Shown piece after piece: positions 1-8,531 of a DNA stretch of 33,954 bases (its first letter is position 1; every line of letters begins with the position of its first letter). The translations under genes and the position numbers were made by a program. Source of the stretch: Chthonomonadales bacterium (GTDB taxonomy: Bacteria; Armatimonadota; Chthonomonadetes; Chthonomonadales; CAJBBX01); contig JBMFSQ010000035.1 of assembly GCA_049967475.1 (NCBI GenBank), forward strand, positions 1-33,954, written 5' to 3'. Below the pieces are notes generated by a model that did not search any database, had not been told where the DNA came from, and saw only the letters and a program-made list of their open reading frames with translations.

Positions 1-873
1 GCCGAGGCCATCCTGGACAAAATCGGCAAGCTGCCGAAGCGGCGCCTCGGCTCCCGCATGGGCAACATGGAGGTGTCGCGCATCGTGTACTGCCAGGACA
101 ATAACCCTGAGATGATTGGACCGTGCCTGGCAGCCGGGATGAACTTCATCCACAAGGCTTCCTATTGGCCCAGCCGGGATGCGGTTCCTGCCGAACTCAA
201 GCGGCTGCCCCGCGAGAGTTACTACACCGACATAACGGTGGACAACACATCGCCCGGGCACAATCCCGACAATTACGATGAAGCCTACAATCAGGTCATC
301 GAACAGCTCGACCGCACCGGCTTCAAGTACTTCGACATCTTCCGGGCTCACTACGGTTGGCACACACTGGCTAGCTTCAACAAGGGCAAGAATGCTTCCT
401 ACGAGGCATTCAAGCGGTTGAAGCGCGAGGGCAAGGTGCGCTACTTTGGGGTGAGCCAGCACGCGGCACCCCGTGAGAACTACGAGAGGTACGCCACGAT
501 GATCCAGGCCCAGATCGAGTCCGGCGTCATCGACTCCATGCAGCTTTGGATCAGCTACACGGCCACTCCCGACGAACTCGAGGCTTTCTACAAGGCGCAT
601 AAGGCCGGCATCGGTGTCACTGCGATGAAGACGATCGCGCAGGGGTTCGGCAAGATGCGGGGAGATGCCGAGCGTCAGGCGGAACTGAAGGCGGCTGGGA
701 TGCCGGGCCGGGCGTGCATCCGCTATGTGCTTCTAGGCTTGAAAGGGCCGGATGGCAAGCCTTATGTGGATTGCTGCGTCAGCTCCCTCAGGAACTTTCA
801 ACAGCTCGAGGAGAACCTGGGTGCCGTCGCCGACCGGGCTGCCTCGCTGGACGGTTTGGAGATCGCTGCATAG
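1..873 (+). CDS. Aldo/keto reductase family protein (5'-truncated by window edge; catalytic motifs degenerate)
   Basis: Frame 1 is open from base 1 (AEAILDKIGKLPKRRLGSRMGNMEVSRI, matching the AKR start 'LPKRRLG..G.EVS.I'). It also has 'YFDIFRAH', 'LKREGKVRYFGVSQH', 'AHKAGIGVTAMK' and 'QLEENL'. Stop TAG at 871-873. Confidence 0.8.
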   Translation, partial: AEAILDKIGKLPKRRLGSRMGNMEVSRIVYCQDNNPEMIGPCLAAGMNFIHKASYWPSRDAVPAELKRLPRESYYTDITVDNTSPGHNPDNYDEAYNQVIEQLDRTGFKYFDIFRAHYGWHTLASFNKGKNASYEAFKRLKREGKVRYFGVSQHAAPRENYERYATMIQAQIESGVIDSMQLWISYTATPDELEAFYKAHKAGIGVTAMKTIAQGFGKMRGDAERQAELKAAGMPGRACIRYVLLGLKGPDGKPYVDCCVSSLRNFQQLEENLGAVADRAASLDGLEIAA

Positions 874-951
874 TCCCTGTATAGACCGGATTGGTAAACG
901 GGTGGGTGCTTCTCAGACGGGCGCGCCACATCGCGGAAGCTAATCGCACGC

Positions 952-1008
952 GTGAAAGCACCCCCCACACCAACCCTCCCTGCCCGCGGGGAGGGGGTTT
1001 TCACTTTT
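952..1008 (+). terminator. GC-rich stem-loop / REP-like palindrome followed by a T-tract; probable terminator after the AKR gene
   Basis: CCCTCCC (974-980) pairs with GGGAGGG (989-995); outer GTGAAAG (952-958) pairs with TTTTCAC (998-1004); TTTT follows. Confidence 0.5.
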
Positions 1009-1176
1009 GGGGCTCTAACTTCTGACGGAGGTTGCCTTCGCCTGCGGTGCAATCTCGGAGGGCGTGGCCGGCATCTCGGTTTGGGCCCGTTTACCCGCAG
1101 CGCACCACGAAGGGTCTGCCGGCTGTACCGCGCCGGCATATGTGCCGGTCTGCAAGAGCCGGGCCGGCTGATCTGT

Positions 1177-1203
1177 GAACAAAGGAGCCTCGAGAGCGTC
1201 TAA
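1177..1203 (+). promoter_or_regulatory. ECF (sigmaE/AlgU-type) promoter, probably autoregulatory
   Basis: GAACAA (1177-1182), 16 nt, TCTAA (1199-1203, preceded by CG). This fits the GAACTT-N16-TCTrA architecture and lies directly upstream of an ECF sigma gene. Confidence 0.7.
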
Positions 1204-1273
1204 AGCATCGAACAAATCGGGCCGGGGTATCGGTTGCGGCTCCGCGGAGCATGGGCCGCGCCGGCCACTGAGA

Positions 1274-1948
1274 ATGGGGATCGCTCTCTTGGGGAATGCA
1301 AAGGTGATCGCTGTGACAGATGCGGACCGTGCCCTCGTGCTCCGCTGCCAGGCAAACGATGCGCAGGCATTCAACGAGATCGTCGCGCGCTACAAGAACC
1401 GCGTGTTCAACTACATCTGCCGGATGATCGGCGCGGGACCCGACGCCGAAGACCTAGCCCAAGACACGTTCGTGCGGGCGTATCTCAGCATCGGGTCCTT
1501 CGAAAGCCGGGCTACCCTCAATACGTGGCTGTTCCGCATCGCGACCAACCTCTGCATTGACTACCTCAGGAGAACGAGCCGAGTGAAGTGCGTCTCCATC
1601 TCGAGGCACGCGGACGAAGACGACGCCGCCGCCGATGAGGACTGGAGCATTCCCGACGACCGGTTCGAGCCTCAGCAAGCTCTTTTGGCCAAAGAGTTGG
1701 ACCGCGAGCTCAATCGCGCCTTGATGGAGCTGCCGGAAAAGCAGCGTTCTGTAATCGTTCTCTTCGATATCGAAGGAGTTCCCTACGAGGAGATTGCCCA
1801 CATTCTTCGCTGCCCGTTGGGGACTGTGAAATCGCGATTGTTCTCTGCGCGGATGGCGCTGCGCAAGCGCCTTGAGCCCTACGTGAATGGCTCTTTGGAA
1901 GAACCCGGCGGGAAGAGGAGTAAAGGGAAGGAATGGCCAGCACGATGA
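1274..1948 (+). CDS. ECF RNA polymerase sigma-70 factor (RpoE/SigW-like)
   Basis: Region 2 'DAEDLAQDTFVRAY..IGSFESRATLNTWLFRIATNLCIDYLR' and region 4 'LPEKQRSVIVLFDIEGVPYEEIAHILRCPLGTVKSRLFSAR'. Start set at ATG 1274 (GTG 1303-region starts possible) because the ORF-track start 1175 overlaps the promoter. Confidence 0.93.
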   Translation: MGIALLGNAKVIAVTDADRALVLRCQANDAQAFNEIVARYKNRVFNYICRMIGAGPDAEDLAQDTFVRAYLSIGSFESRATLNTWLFRIATNLCIDYLRRTSRVKCVSISRHADEDDAAADEDWSIPDDRFEPQQALLAKELDRELNRALMELPEKQRSVIVLFDIEGVPYEEIAHILRCPLGTVKSRLFSARMALRKRLEPYVNGSLEEPGGKRSKGKEWPAR

Positions 1949-2469
1949 ATTGCAAACGCGCGCAATTCCTGCTTTCCGAATATCTGAACAACACGTTGCC
2001 GGCGTGCGATGCCATGGGTGTGCAACGCCACTTGGCCGAGTGCAATGAGTGTGCGCGGGCGTTCCATGAATTGCGGCGTACGGTGCGCCTTCTGGCCGAC
2101 GCCCGGCGCTACTGCGTTCCCGACACGTTCGGTCAAGATCTTCAACAGCGCCTCGCGAAGATGCAACCCAGAAGAGGACTTTGGGCTCGATTGGACCGAT
2201 TTGCTGCCGGTGTCCGTTATTGCCCGCGCTGGTCGCTGGGGTTGGCCGCCGCTGCTTTGGGCGCGGTGTTCGTATACGCCATGGGACTTCCCTTTGGCGC
2301 TCACCCGAACCTCCAGTCGGACGGGGCACTGGAAGCCTCGATTGTCCGGGATGCCTTTCGGCAGAACGTGGCCCTGTCAGCGGCCGATCCTTTTGCGGAT
2401 CTCGCAGCAGCGAACCTGACCGCCCACGCCTCCAATTCAGAGGCCGATGCCAGATCCTCCCTGGAGTAG
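1933..2469 (+). CDS. Membrane-anchored zinc-finger (zf-HC2/ZAS) anti-sigma factor
   Basis: N-terminal 'MNC...LLSEYL....HLAECNEC' (HxxxCxxC), one hydrophobic helix 'WSLGLAAAALGAVFVYAMGL', and overlap with the sigma stop codon. Start is 1933 or 1945. Confidence 0.88.
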   Translation: MASTMNCKRAQFLLSEYLNNTLPACDAMGVQRHLAECNECARAFHELRRTVRLLADARRYCVPDTFGQDLQQRLAKMQPRRGLWARLDRFAAGVRYCPRWSLGLAAAALGAVFVYAMGLPFGAHPNLQSDGALEASIVRDAFRQNVALSAADPFADLAAANLTAHASNSEADARSSLE

Positions 2470-2483
2470 CCGGAGCGCTTATC

Positions 2484-3707
2484 ATGACGGCCCAAGCTCT
2501 TACCAATAGGATCCAGTGGCGAATGGCGAATAGCAGACGGCGAGCAGCGAATAGGGGGCTGCAGGCTGGTCTTAGCCCGTGGGTGGGGGCATGGGATCGG
2601 ATTTCTTTGAGGCTGGCGCGCGCTGCCGTATGCGGGCCTTTGTTCGTGTGTGCACTGTTCTTCGGTATCGTGCCGAGCTCAGGTTGGGCCCAGGTGCGTA
2701 AAAATGTGCATCCTGTAATCCGTTTGCCGGGGCGGCCTGCTGTGCGCAGACTGGCAGGCCAGCTTCGGCGGCCGATGAACCTTCGGATAGATCCCGAAGC
2801 GCGGCAACTGGTGTTGCTCTATCTCCGCAAGGGCATTCGCCAACCGTACACGGGTGAGGAGATCACGCGCATCTTGGAGGGACGGTTGGTGGAGAGCCGG
2901 CAGAATGTTACCTACGGCGGGCCGGGCCGAATCCGCATGGAATACGTCAGCCCCCCTGCTATGAAGGGCGAGATCCTGCTCATCACAGGCGGCCGCATGT
3001 ATCAGTACCGCCCTTCCCGAGGAGACATTCTGGATGGCATGGCATCGGGCGCCGAACTCGCAGAACGGGTAAGGGAGATTGCCGCCGGTTTACGTTCCGG
3101 CCAAATCACCGCCCGCGTCGTGGGGGATGAGCTTGTAGCAGGGGTGTGGACCACCATCGTCGAGATCCGTTCCATACGAAGCGACGAGTGGTTTCTCCGC
3201 TTCTGGATTGATCCGAAGACCGGCGTACGGCTGCGCTTCATGCGGCTGGATGGCCAGGGCCGAGCTATGGCCGAAACCACCTTCGCGTCCATAACCTACC
3301 TTCCATCTGCCGATGGACGCCTCTTCAGCCCGGCGAGCCTGCCCCAGGTGCCTCATGTGCCGCGCTTGCCCAACACGCCTCCGCTTGCGAGCGTGGAAAT
3401 GGCCCAGGCGCAGGTTGGGTATGCCATCCGCGTACCGGCGCTCCCCGATGGGTATCACCTGAACGGCGTATGGGTTGCTCCAGACCCCGTGGGGCGCAAG
3501 ACCACGATCCTTCGGTACACGGACGGCGTGAACAACTTCGCATTGTTTGAAACTCCTCTGCCCGCAGGGCGCGGCCGGCCCAATGCAGCCCCCTGGATCC
3601 GGCCCCGTTTGGGAGTGGCCCATTGGACGGCGTACGGCCTTGCCTTCACCCTCATCGGCCATCTGGCGCCGCACGAGTATCGGCAGATTGCCGACAGTCT
3701 TCGCTGA
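2484..3707 (+). CDS. RseB/MucB-like (LolA-fold) exported regulatory protein
   Basis: Third gene of the sigma/anti-sigma operon. Signal/TM segment ending 'SSGWA-Q'; LolA/RseB-like beta-rich motifs 'RIRMEYVSP', 'VVGDELVAG', 'RFWIDPKTGVRLR'; MucB-like C-terminus 'LPDGYHL...LRYTDGVNNFALFE...FTLIGHL...IADSL'. Start uncertain. Confidence 0.7.
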   Translation: MTAQALTNRIQWRMANSRRRAANRGLQAGLSPWVGAWDRISLRLARAAVCGPLFVCALFFGIVPSSGWAQVRKNVHPVIRLPGRPAVRRLAGQLRRPMNLRIDPEARQLVLLYLRKGIRQPYTGEEITRILEGRLVESRQNVTYGGPGRIRMEYVSPPAMKGEILLITGGRMYQYRPSRGDILDGMASGAELAERVREIAAGLRSGQITARVVGDELVAGVWTTIVEIRSIRSDEWFLRFWIDPKTGVRLRFMRLDGQGRAMAETTFASITYLPSADGRLFSPASLPQVPHVPRLPNTPPLASVEMAQAQVGYAIRVPALPDGYHLNGVWVAPDPVGRKTTILRYTDGVNNFALFETPLPAGRGRPNAAPWIRPRLGVAHWTAYGLAFTLIGHLAPHEYRQIADSLR

Positions 3708-3965
3708 ACGCCCAGGTGGCGCGGCGGCCGGAGGCAATCAGCTTGGGGCCGCAGCGACCTGCTCCGCATAGACGCAGCTCCTCCCGCCTTTGCGGCGTGT
3801 TCCACCGTTGACTAGGGTATGCACCGGGGCTGCCGGATCAGGGTTTGGATGCTGTGATGCTCTGCCTGTTTTTGGTTGACACCTGCCGCGCCGACCGGAA
3901 GCAGGGGTTCTGCCATGATGCGCCAAAGGATTAGACGATGCAATTCTTGTGTAGGAGCGGAACCC

Positions 3966-5249
3966 ATGAGGGAGCGGCTTGCCGTTGACGGGGGTACACC
4001 GGTCTTTCCGGAGGGTTTGCCGAGTGCCGGAGGAGGCCCCGGCGTGACCCTAATGAATGAAGAAGAGATCGCTGCCGTGGCCGCAGTCCTTCGGAGCGGC
4101 AAACTCTTCCGGTTTACGGAAGGCAGTCAGGTGCGCGCGTTCGAGCAGGAGGCTGCTGAGTGGCTTGGGGTACGCCACGCCCTGATGGTGAACTCCGGAA
4201 CCAGCGCTCTCGTTTGTGCGTTGGTTGGCGCGGGTATCGGGCCCGGGGATGAAGTGATCGTTCCGGCGTATACGTACATCGCCACGGCAGCGGCGGTGGT
4301 GGCGGTAGGCGCGGTACCCGTCATCGCTGAGATAGACACCTCTTTGGGGCTCGATCCTGCGGATGTGGAGCGAAAGATTACCCCGCACACCCGGGCCATA
4401 CTCCCGGTGTACATGCAAGGGGTGCCGGCCCGCATCGGCGCCATCACGGCTGTCGCCAAACGCCACCGGATTGCTGTGATCGAGGATGCTTGTCAATGCA
4501 TCGGCGGCACCTACCGGGGCAAACCCGTTGGGACCTTCGGAGTTGCAGGGGCGTGGTCTCTCAATTTCTTCAAGATCATCAGCGCAGGCGAAGGGGGCCT
4601 TGTCTTCACCGACGATTACCGCGTTTACGAGCGGGCCTGCTTCGCATCCGACCCTGCGCTGCCTATGTGGATGAAGGACAGCATCGCCCAGGAGGGATGG
4701 GACACGCCGCCATTCTCCTTCCAGTGTTACCGGCCCAGTGAGATGCTGGGTGCTGTTGCCCGGGTCCAGCTCTCGCGCCTCAACGCGATCCTCGAGCACA
4801 CCCGCAACCTCAAACGCACCTTTGTTGCGGCCCTGGAGGAACCGCGCGGTTACCGTTTGCAGCACGTGGATGACCCGGACGGGGATTGCGGCATCAGTGC
4901 GGCGATCTTGGTGGACGATGCCGGCCTCGCAGCGCGCTATGCCGACGCCCTTACCGCAGAAGGCCTCCCGTGCGGCACCGCGCACAACGAGGGATTTCCT
5001 GACCGCCACATCTACCGCTACTGGGATTCCATTTTGGACAAGAGCGCTCATCACAAGAATGCCAGCCCATGGGCGCATCCGGCATATCATGGCAGCGTGG
5101 AGTATAGCCGGGATATGTGCCCGAGGACGCTGGACCTTTTGAGCAGGGCTATCCGTTTCGGTTTCAACATGCGGATGAGCGCCGATCATGCCCGCCGAAT
5201 GGCCCACGCTGTGAACAAGGTGGATGCTGCTCTCGGCGGATTGCAGTAA
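3966..5249 (+). CDS. DegT/DnrJ/EryC1/StrS family PLP-dependent aminotransferase
   Basis: 'VNSGTSAL', 'GIGPGDEVIVPAYTYIATA', 'IEDACQ' and the PLP lysine in 'SLNFFKII.AGEGG'. GGAG RBS precedes ATG 3966. Confidence 0.92.
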   Translation: MRERLAVDGGTPVFPEGLPSAGGGPGVTLMNEEEIAAVAAVLRSGKLFRFTEGSQVRAFEQEAAEWLGVRHALMVNSGTSALVCALVGAGIGPGDEVIVPAYTYIATAAAVVAVGAVPVIAEIDTSLGLDPADVERKITPHTRAILPVYMQGVPARIGAITAVAKRHRIAVIEDACQCIGGTYRGKPVGTFGVAGAWSLNFFKIISAGEGGLVFTDDYRVYERACFASDPALPMWMKDSIAQEGWDTPPFSFQCYRPSEMLGAVARVQLSRLNAILEHTRNLKRTFVAALEEPRGYRLQHVDDPDGDCGISAAILVDDAGLAARYADALTAEGLPCGTAHNEGFPDRHIYRYWDSILDKSAHHKNASPWAHPAYHGSVEYSRDMCPRTLDLLSRAIRFGFNMRMSADHARRMAHAVNKVDAALGGLQ

Positions 5250-5346
5250 AGGGCCGTTGAATGTACTTTGGTGACCCTCTGGGCGCGCTCTGGCCCGATG
5301 TGGGTATCATACAAGGGCACCCATCCATCGTTAGCGGGACCTGCGT

Positions 5347-5985
5347 TTGCCGACACCCTGCACCGATTTGTACATCCATTTAGACCACGTATCGCGCCGG
5401 TTCGGCAGGCTGCGGGTCCTCGACAACGTGTGCGCCTCGGTGCGCCGTGGAGAGGTTCTCGTAGTCACCGGCTGCAACGGATCGGGAAAGAGCACCCTCT
5501 TGCGTATCATCGCCGGCTTGCTGGCACCCAGCTCCGGCCAGGTGCACATCCGCGTGAACGGTAGCGATACGGACCGGCCCGCGCGGCGTTCCCTGATGGG
5601 GTACGTGGCGCCCGATTTGGCTCTTTACCCCGAGCTGACCGGCGTGGAAAACCTGGTCTTCTTCGCACGGCTGAGAGGCATCACTTTGGACCGCGAACGG
5701 CTTGCGTCGCTGCTGGGGAGCGTGGGTCTCAAAGGACGGGGACGGGACCTCGTGGGCAGTTACTCCTCCGGCATGCGGCAGCGCCTCAAGTACGCGTTCG
5801 CATTGCTCCACGAGCCCCCGATTTTGCTGCTCGATGAGCCTACCGCCAACCTGGACAAAGGCGGCGTCGCCATGGTTCAAGATATTCTGCTTCGCCAGCG
5901 GAGCCGCGGGACAGTGGTGCTTGCCACAAACGAAGCCGCTGAATTGATGTGGGGGGACGCTATTGTTGACCTCAACGCTGCCTGA
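5347..5985 (+). CDS. ccmA: Heme exporter ABC ATPase CcmA
   Basis: Walker A GCNGSGKST, signature YSSGMRQR, Walker B LLLDEP; first gene of the ccmABCDEF cluster. Confidence 0.85.
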   Translation: MPTPCTDLYIHLDHVSRRFGRLRVLDNVCASVRRGEVLVVTGCNGSGKSTLLRIIAGLLAPSSGQVHIRVNGSDTDRPARRSLMGYVAPDLALYPELTGVENLVFFARLRGITLDRERLASLLGSVGLKGRGRDLVGSYSSGMRQRLKYAFALLHEPPILLLDEPTANLDKGGVAMVQDILLRQRSRGTVVLATNEAAELMWGDAIVDLNAA

Positions 5986-6850
5986 TCCCCCGTTTGACGC
6001 TTTCAGGCGGAACACCCGCGCGTCCGATGGGTCAGCCCACTCTGAGGAGCCGGGTTGCAATGGTTCCCCTGGGCCGATCGAGAGGGCGAACAGCGCCGAT
6101 CATCCGCCCGCCCCACATTCGGAGATTGGCCAGCCTGCGAAGCCAAGTGCCGACACGCTGTTTGTGGGCACAGGCCGTTCGTCTCCATGGACGCAGGCGA
6201 TGGCTGTGCTCACCAAGGATCTGCGCTCCGAACTGCGAAACCGGGCGGCAGTGAATTCCGTGTTGCTCTTCTCGGTGACGGCTCTTGTGGTGGTCGGATT
6301 TGCTACAGGATCGGCCAAGCCCAGCGCCGAGGTGAAGGCGGCGCTGCTGTGGATCGTCCTCTTCTTTGCAGCTTTCTCGGGTCTATCCCATATCTTCCTG
6401 CATGAGGAAGAAGCAGGAACATCCATGGCCCTCCGGCTTACCGCGCGTCCCGAGGCAATCTTCTTGGGCAAGTTGCTGTTCAACCTGTTGTTGATGATGG
6501 GGATTGCAGCCGTCGTCACCCCGCTCTATTGGGTGCTGTTGGACGTTCGGCCGGAGGTTGCTTGGGGCTATGCCGCAGCGGTGGCGGTCGGATGCATCGG
6601 CCTTGCTGTCGCGGCCACGATTGTGGCGGCGATTATCGCCAAGGCTCGAGGGAAAGGCGCGCTCTACGGAGCCCTTGGGTTTCCGATCCTCATCCCTCTC
6701 CTCTTCATGGCAGTGGATGGCAGCCGATCGTGTCTCGTGCCCGGGGTGCCCCTTGCCGCGCTCGTGCGGGATCTGATTGGAATGGCCTCCTTCGCCGTGA
6801 TGCTCGTAACGGCATCCCTGCTGCTCTTCCCGTATGTATGGGAGGATTGA
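5963..6850 (+). CDS. ccmB: Heme exporter membrane protein CcmB
   Basis: 'KDLRSELR', 'WI..FFAA', 'EEEAGT', 'IFLGK..FN', 'L.FPILIP' and about six TM helices. The true start may be downstream (GTG 6164 or ATG 6200), since the first ~70 codons are Pro/Ser-rich. Confidence 0.88.
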   Translation: MLTSTLPDPPFDAFRRNTRASDGSAHSEEPGCNGSPGPIERANSADHPPAPHSEIGQPAKPSADTLFVGTGRSSPWTQAMAVLTKDLRSELRNRAAVNSVLLFSVTALVVVGFATGSAKPSAEVKAALLWIVLFFAAFSGLSHIFLHEEEAGTSMALRLTARPEAIFLGKLLFNLLLMMGIAAVVTPLYWVLLDVRPEVAWGYAAAVAVGCIGLAVAATIVAAIIAKARGKGALYGALGFPILIPLLFMAVDGSRSCLVPGVPLAALVRDLIGMASFAVMLVTASLLLFPYVWED

Positions 6851-6958
6851 CCCTTCCCGATGCCGGCGTGATGGCGGCTGTGTGCGACGCCCGGTTGCCG
6901 CAGAAGCCACACTGCGGGCGCTTGGGGCTCGAAACGGACACTTGTGTGGGGAACGCGG

Positions 6959-6986
6959 TTGCGCAGTTACCGCAGTACGGTATACT
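6959..6986 (+). promoter_or_regulatory. Putative sigma70 promoter for ccmC
   Basis: TTGCGC (6959-6964), 16 nt, TATACT (6981-6986) in the 220-bp ccmB-ccmC gap. Confidence 0.45.
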
Positions 6987-7070
6987 AGGAACACCGGTCC
7001 CATTCTTCAGCGAATAGGTTGAGGGATACGGTTGGATGATGCTGTTCGAGCAGCCCACGGATTGAAACAC

Positions 7071-7754
7071 ATGAAGGGCATCTGGTGGAAACTGCTGACC
7101 GGGGTATGGATGACCGCCGCCATTTGGGCTGCGTATCTCAAAGCCGGGCCCGCTGAGGGCTTTCCCTTTCCAGACGGCGCCCGCATCATCTTCTTCCATG
7201 TGCCGTGTGCTTGGTTTGCCTCTCTCGCATATCTGATGGCGTGCGGGTATAGCATAACCTTCCTGAATAGCCTGGCGCGGAGCGGATGGGAGGCGGCACG
7301 ACGGTGGGACCTCCGAACATCCGTGTCCATGGAGCTGGGCTTTCTCTTCGCCGCCCTTACGACGGTGTCGGGGTCCATTTTCTCCAGGCTGGAATGGGGA
7401 GCCTATTGGAGCTGGGATCCCAGGCAGACTTCAATCCTGGTGATCCTTCTCATCTTCGCGGCCTACCTCGTGCTTCGGGGCGCCGTCACCGACCCGGAAA
7501 CGCGCGCCCGCTTGTCGGCTGTATACGCGTTGGTGGCTGTAGTGCCGGGCACATTCCTGATTTGGGTGCTGCCGCGCATCGTCTATACACTGCATGGGGA
7601 TGCCAACAGGGCCGTGATCGGCGGGAACATCGGCAACAATTACCGCACGGTGCTCTACGGTTTCGCATTGCCGGCCTTCATCGGCTTGTTCACCTGGATG
7701 TTTCAATTGCGCCTTCGGCAGGAGGTCCTCGTGGAACGCCTGCGCCAGCCCTAG
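7071..7754 (+). CDS. ccmC: Cytochrome c biogenesis protein CcmC
   Basis: WWD motif 'WGAYWSWDPRQT' with flanking His residues in 'IFFHVP' and 'TLHG'; multiple TM helices. Confidence 0.93.
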   Translation: MKGIWWKLLTGVWMTAAIWAAYLKAGPAEGFPFPDGARIIFFHVPCAWFASLAYLMACGYSITFLNSLARSGWEAARRWDLRTSVSMELGFLFAALTTVSGSIFSRLEWGAYWSWDPRQTSILVILLIFAAYLVLRGAVTDPETRARLSAVYALVAVVPGTFLIWVLPRIVYTLHGDANRAVIGGNIGNNYRTVLYGFALPAFIGLFTWMFQLRLRQEVLVERLRQP

Positions 7755-7784
7755 TTCGTTGCCCGAGTAAGGGAGTAACGTGTC

Positions 7785-7913
7785 ATGGACCATATGGTTG
7801 CCGTTGCAGCCGTGCCGATCATCATTTGGGTGGGGGTTTTTCTGTTTATGCTCATGGTTGACCGAAAGTTGGCGGCTCTGGAAGCGCTGCATCAGGAGAA
7901 GGACGATCTATGA
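7785..7913 (+). CDS. ccmD: CcmD-family small membrane protein (42 aa; not in the ORF track)
   Basis: Manual translation gives MDHMVAVAAVPIIIWVGVFLFMLMVDRKLAALEALHQEKDDL*: one TM helix then a charged tail. AAGGGAG RBS upstream; its TGA overlaps the ccmE ATG (ATGA 7910-7913); canonical position between ccmC and ccmE. Confidence 0.85.
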   Translation: MDHMVAVAAVPIIIWVGVFLFMLMVDRKLAALEALHQEKDDL

Positions 7914-8332
7914 AACCTGCATACGTAGTGGCGTTTGTAATCCTGGTAGCTTCGGCAGGTATGACGCTCTTCGCGTTCTCCGGGTCCATTGCCGAGCATG
8001 TGACCATAGAACAGGCGGCCCAGAGACCGGGGGTGCAACTCCAGGTGCCGGGAGCCATCCTGAAGGACACGGTGACCTTTGCCGATGGCGCGCTTCGATT
8101 TGATATCGTTCCCGTGGAGCTCCTCCCTAAGGACGATGGCGCCAAGCTGGTGTCGGCCATGATCCCATCGGGAACGCCGCGCCTCACAGTGGAATACTCT
8201 CAGCCAAAGCCCGAAAACTTCGACAATGCCCGGCAGGTGGAGGCGATCGGCACCTATCGCAACGGCGTTTTTCATGCCACCACACTCCTGGTGAAGTGCC
8301 CATCCAAATACCGGGACAAAAAGAGCGGCTGA
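7910..8332 (+). CDS. ccmE: Heme chaperone CcmE, CxxxY (System I*) variant
   Basis: N-terminal TM anchor, OB-fold motifs 'V.Y...KPENF...QVEAIG.Y..GVFHA..LLVK', and CPSKY (8297-8311) instead of HxxxY. Confidence 0.92.
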   Translation: MKPAYVVAFVILVASAGMTLFAFSGSIAEHVTIEQAAQRPGVQLQVPGAILKDTVTFADGALRFDIVPVELLPKDDGAKLVSAMIPSGTPRLTVEYSQPKPENFDNARQVEAIGTYRNGVFHATTLLVKCPSKYRDKKSG

Positions 8333-8531
8333 GAACCGATGGCATCGGGGCTGCGCGGGTACTCAGCAGCTCCTGTGGCGCCCGTGTCCGCTTGGGAAGG
8401 ATTGCTGGATCGGGACCGCTCGTCATTGGTTTGGTTGGGGTGATGTGAGGAGAAGCTGCGTCCAGCCGCCTAGGGAGGGCAGGCTGTGACGGAGAGGCGT
8501 GTAGGGTGTTCGCGCGCCCAGGGAGGATCGG

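Noticed and set aside
4050..5207. Long antisense ORFs (385 aa here; also 1454..2506, 9669..10499, 12296..13189, 22542..23507, 32347..33183)
   Set aside because: These are shadows of well-supported genes in high-GC DNA, with no recognisable motifs or RBS.
6988..7015. GGAAC...CGAAT as a second ECF promoter upstream of ccmC
   Set aside because: The -10 does not match the GTCTA element at the sigma gene; a sigma70-like promoter explains the site better.
8333..8531. Possible small ccm gene between ccmE and ccmF (34-codon ORF from 8339)
   Set aside because: No clear RBS, TM helix or CxxC.
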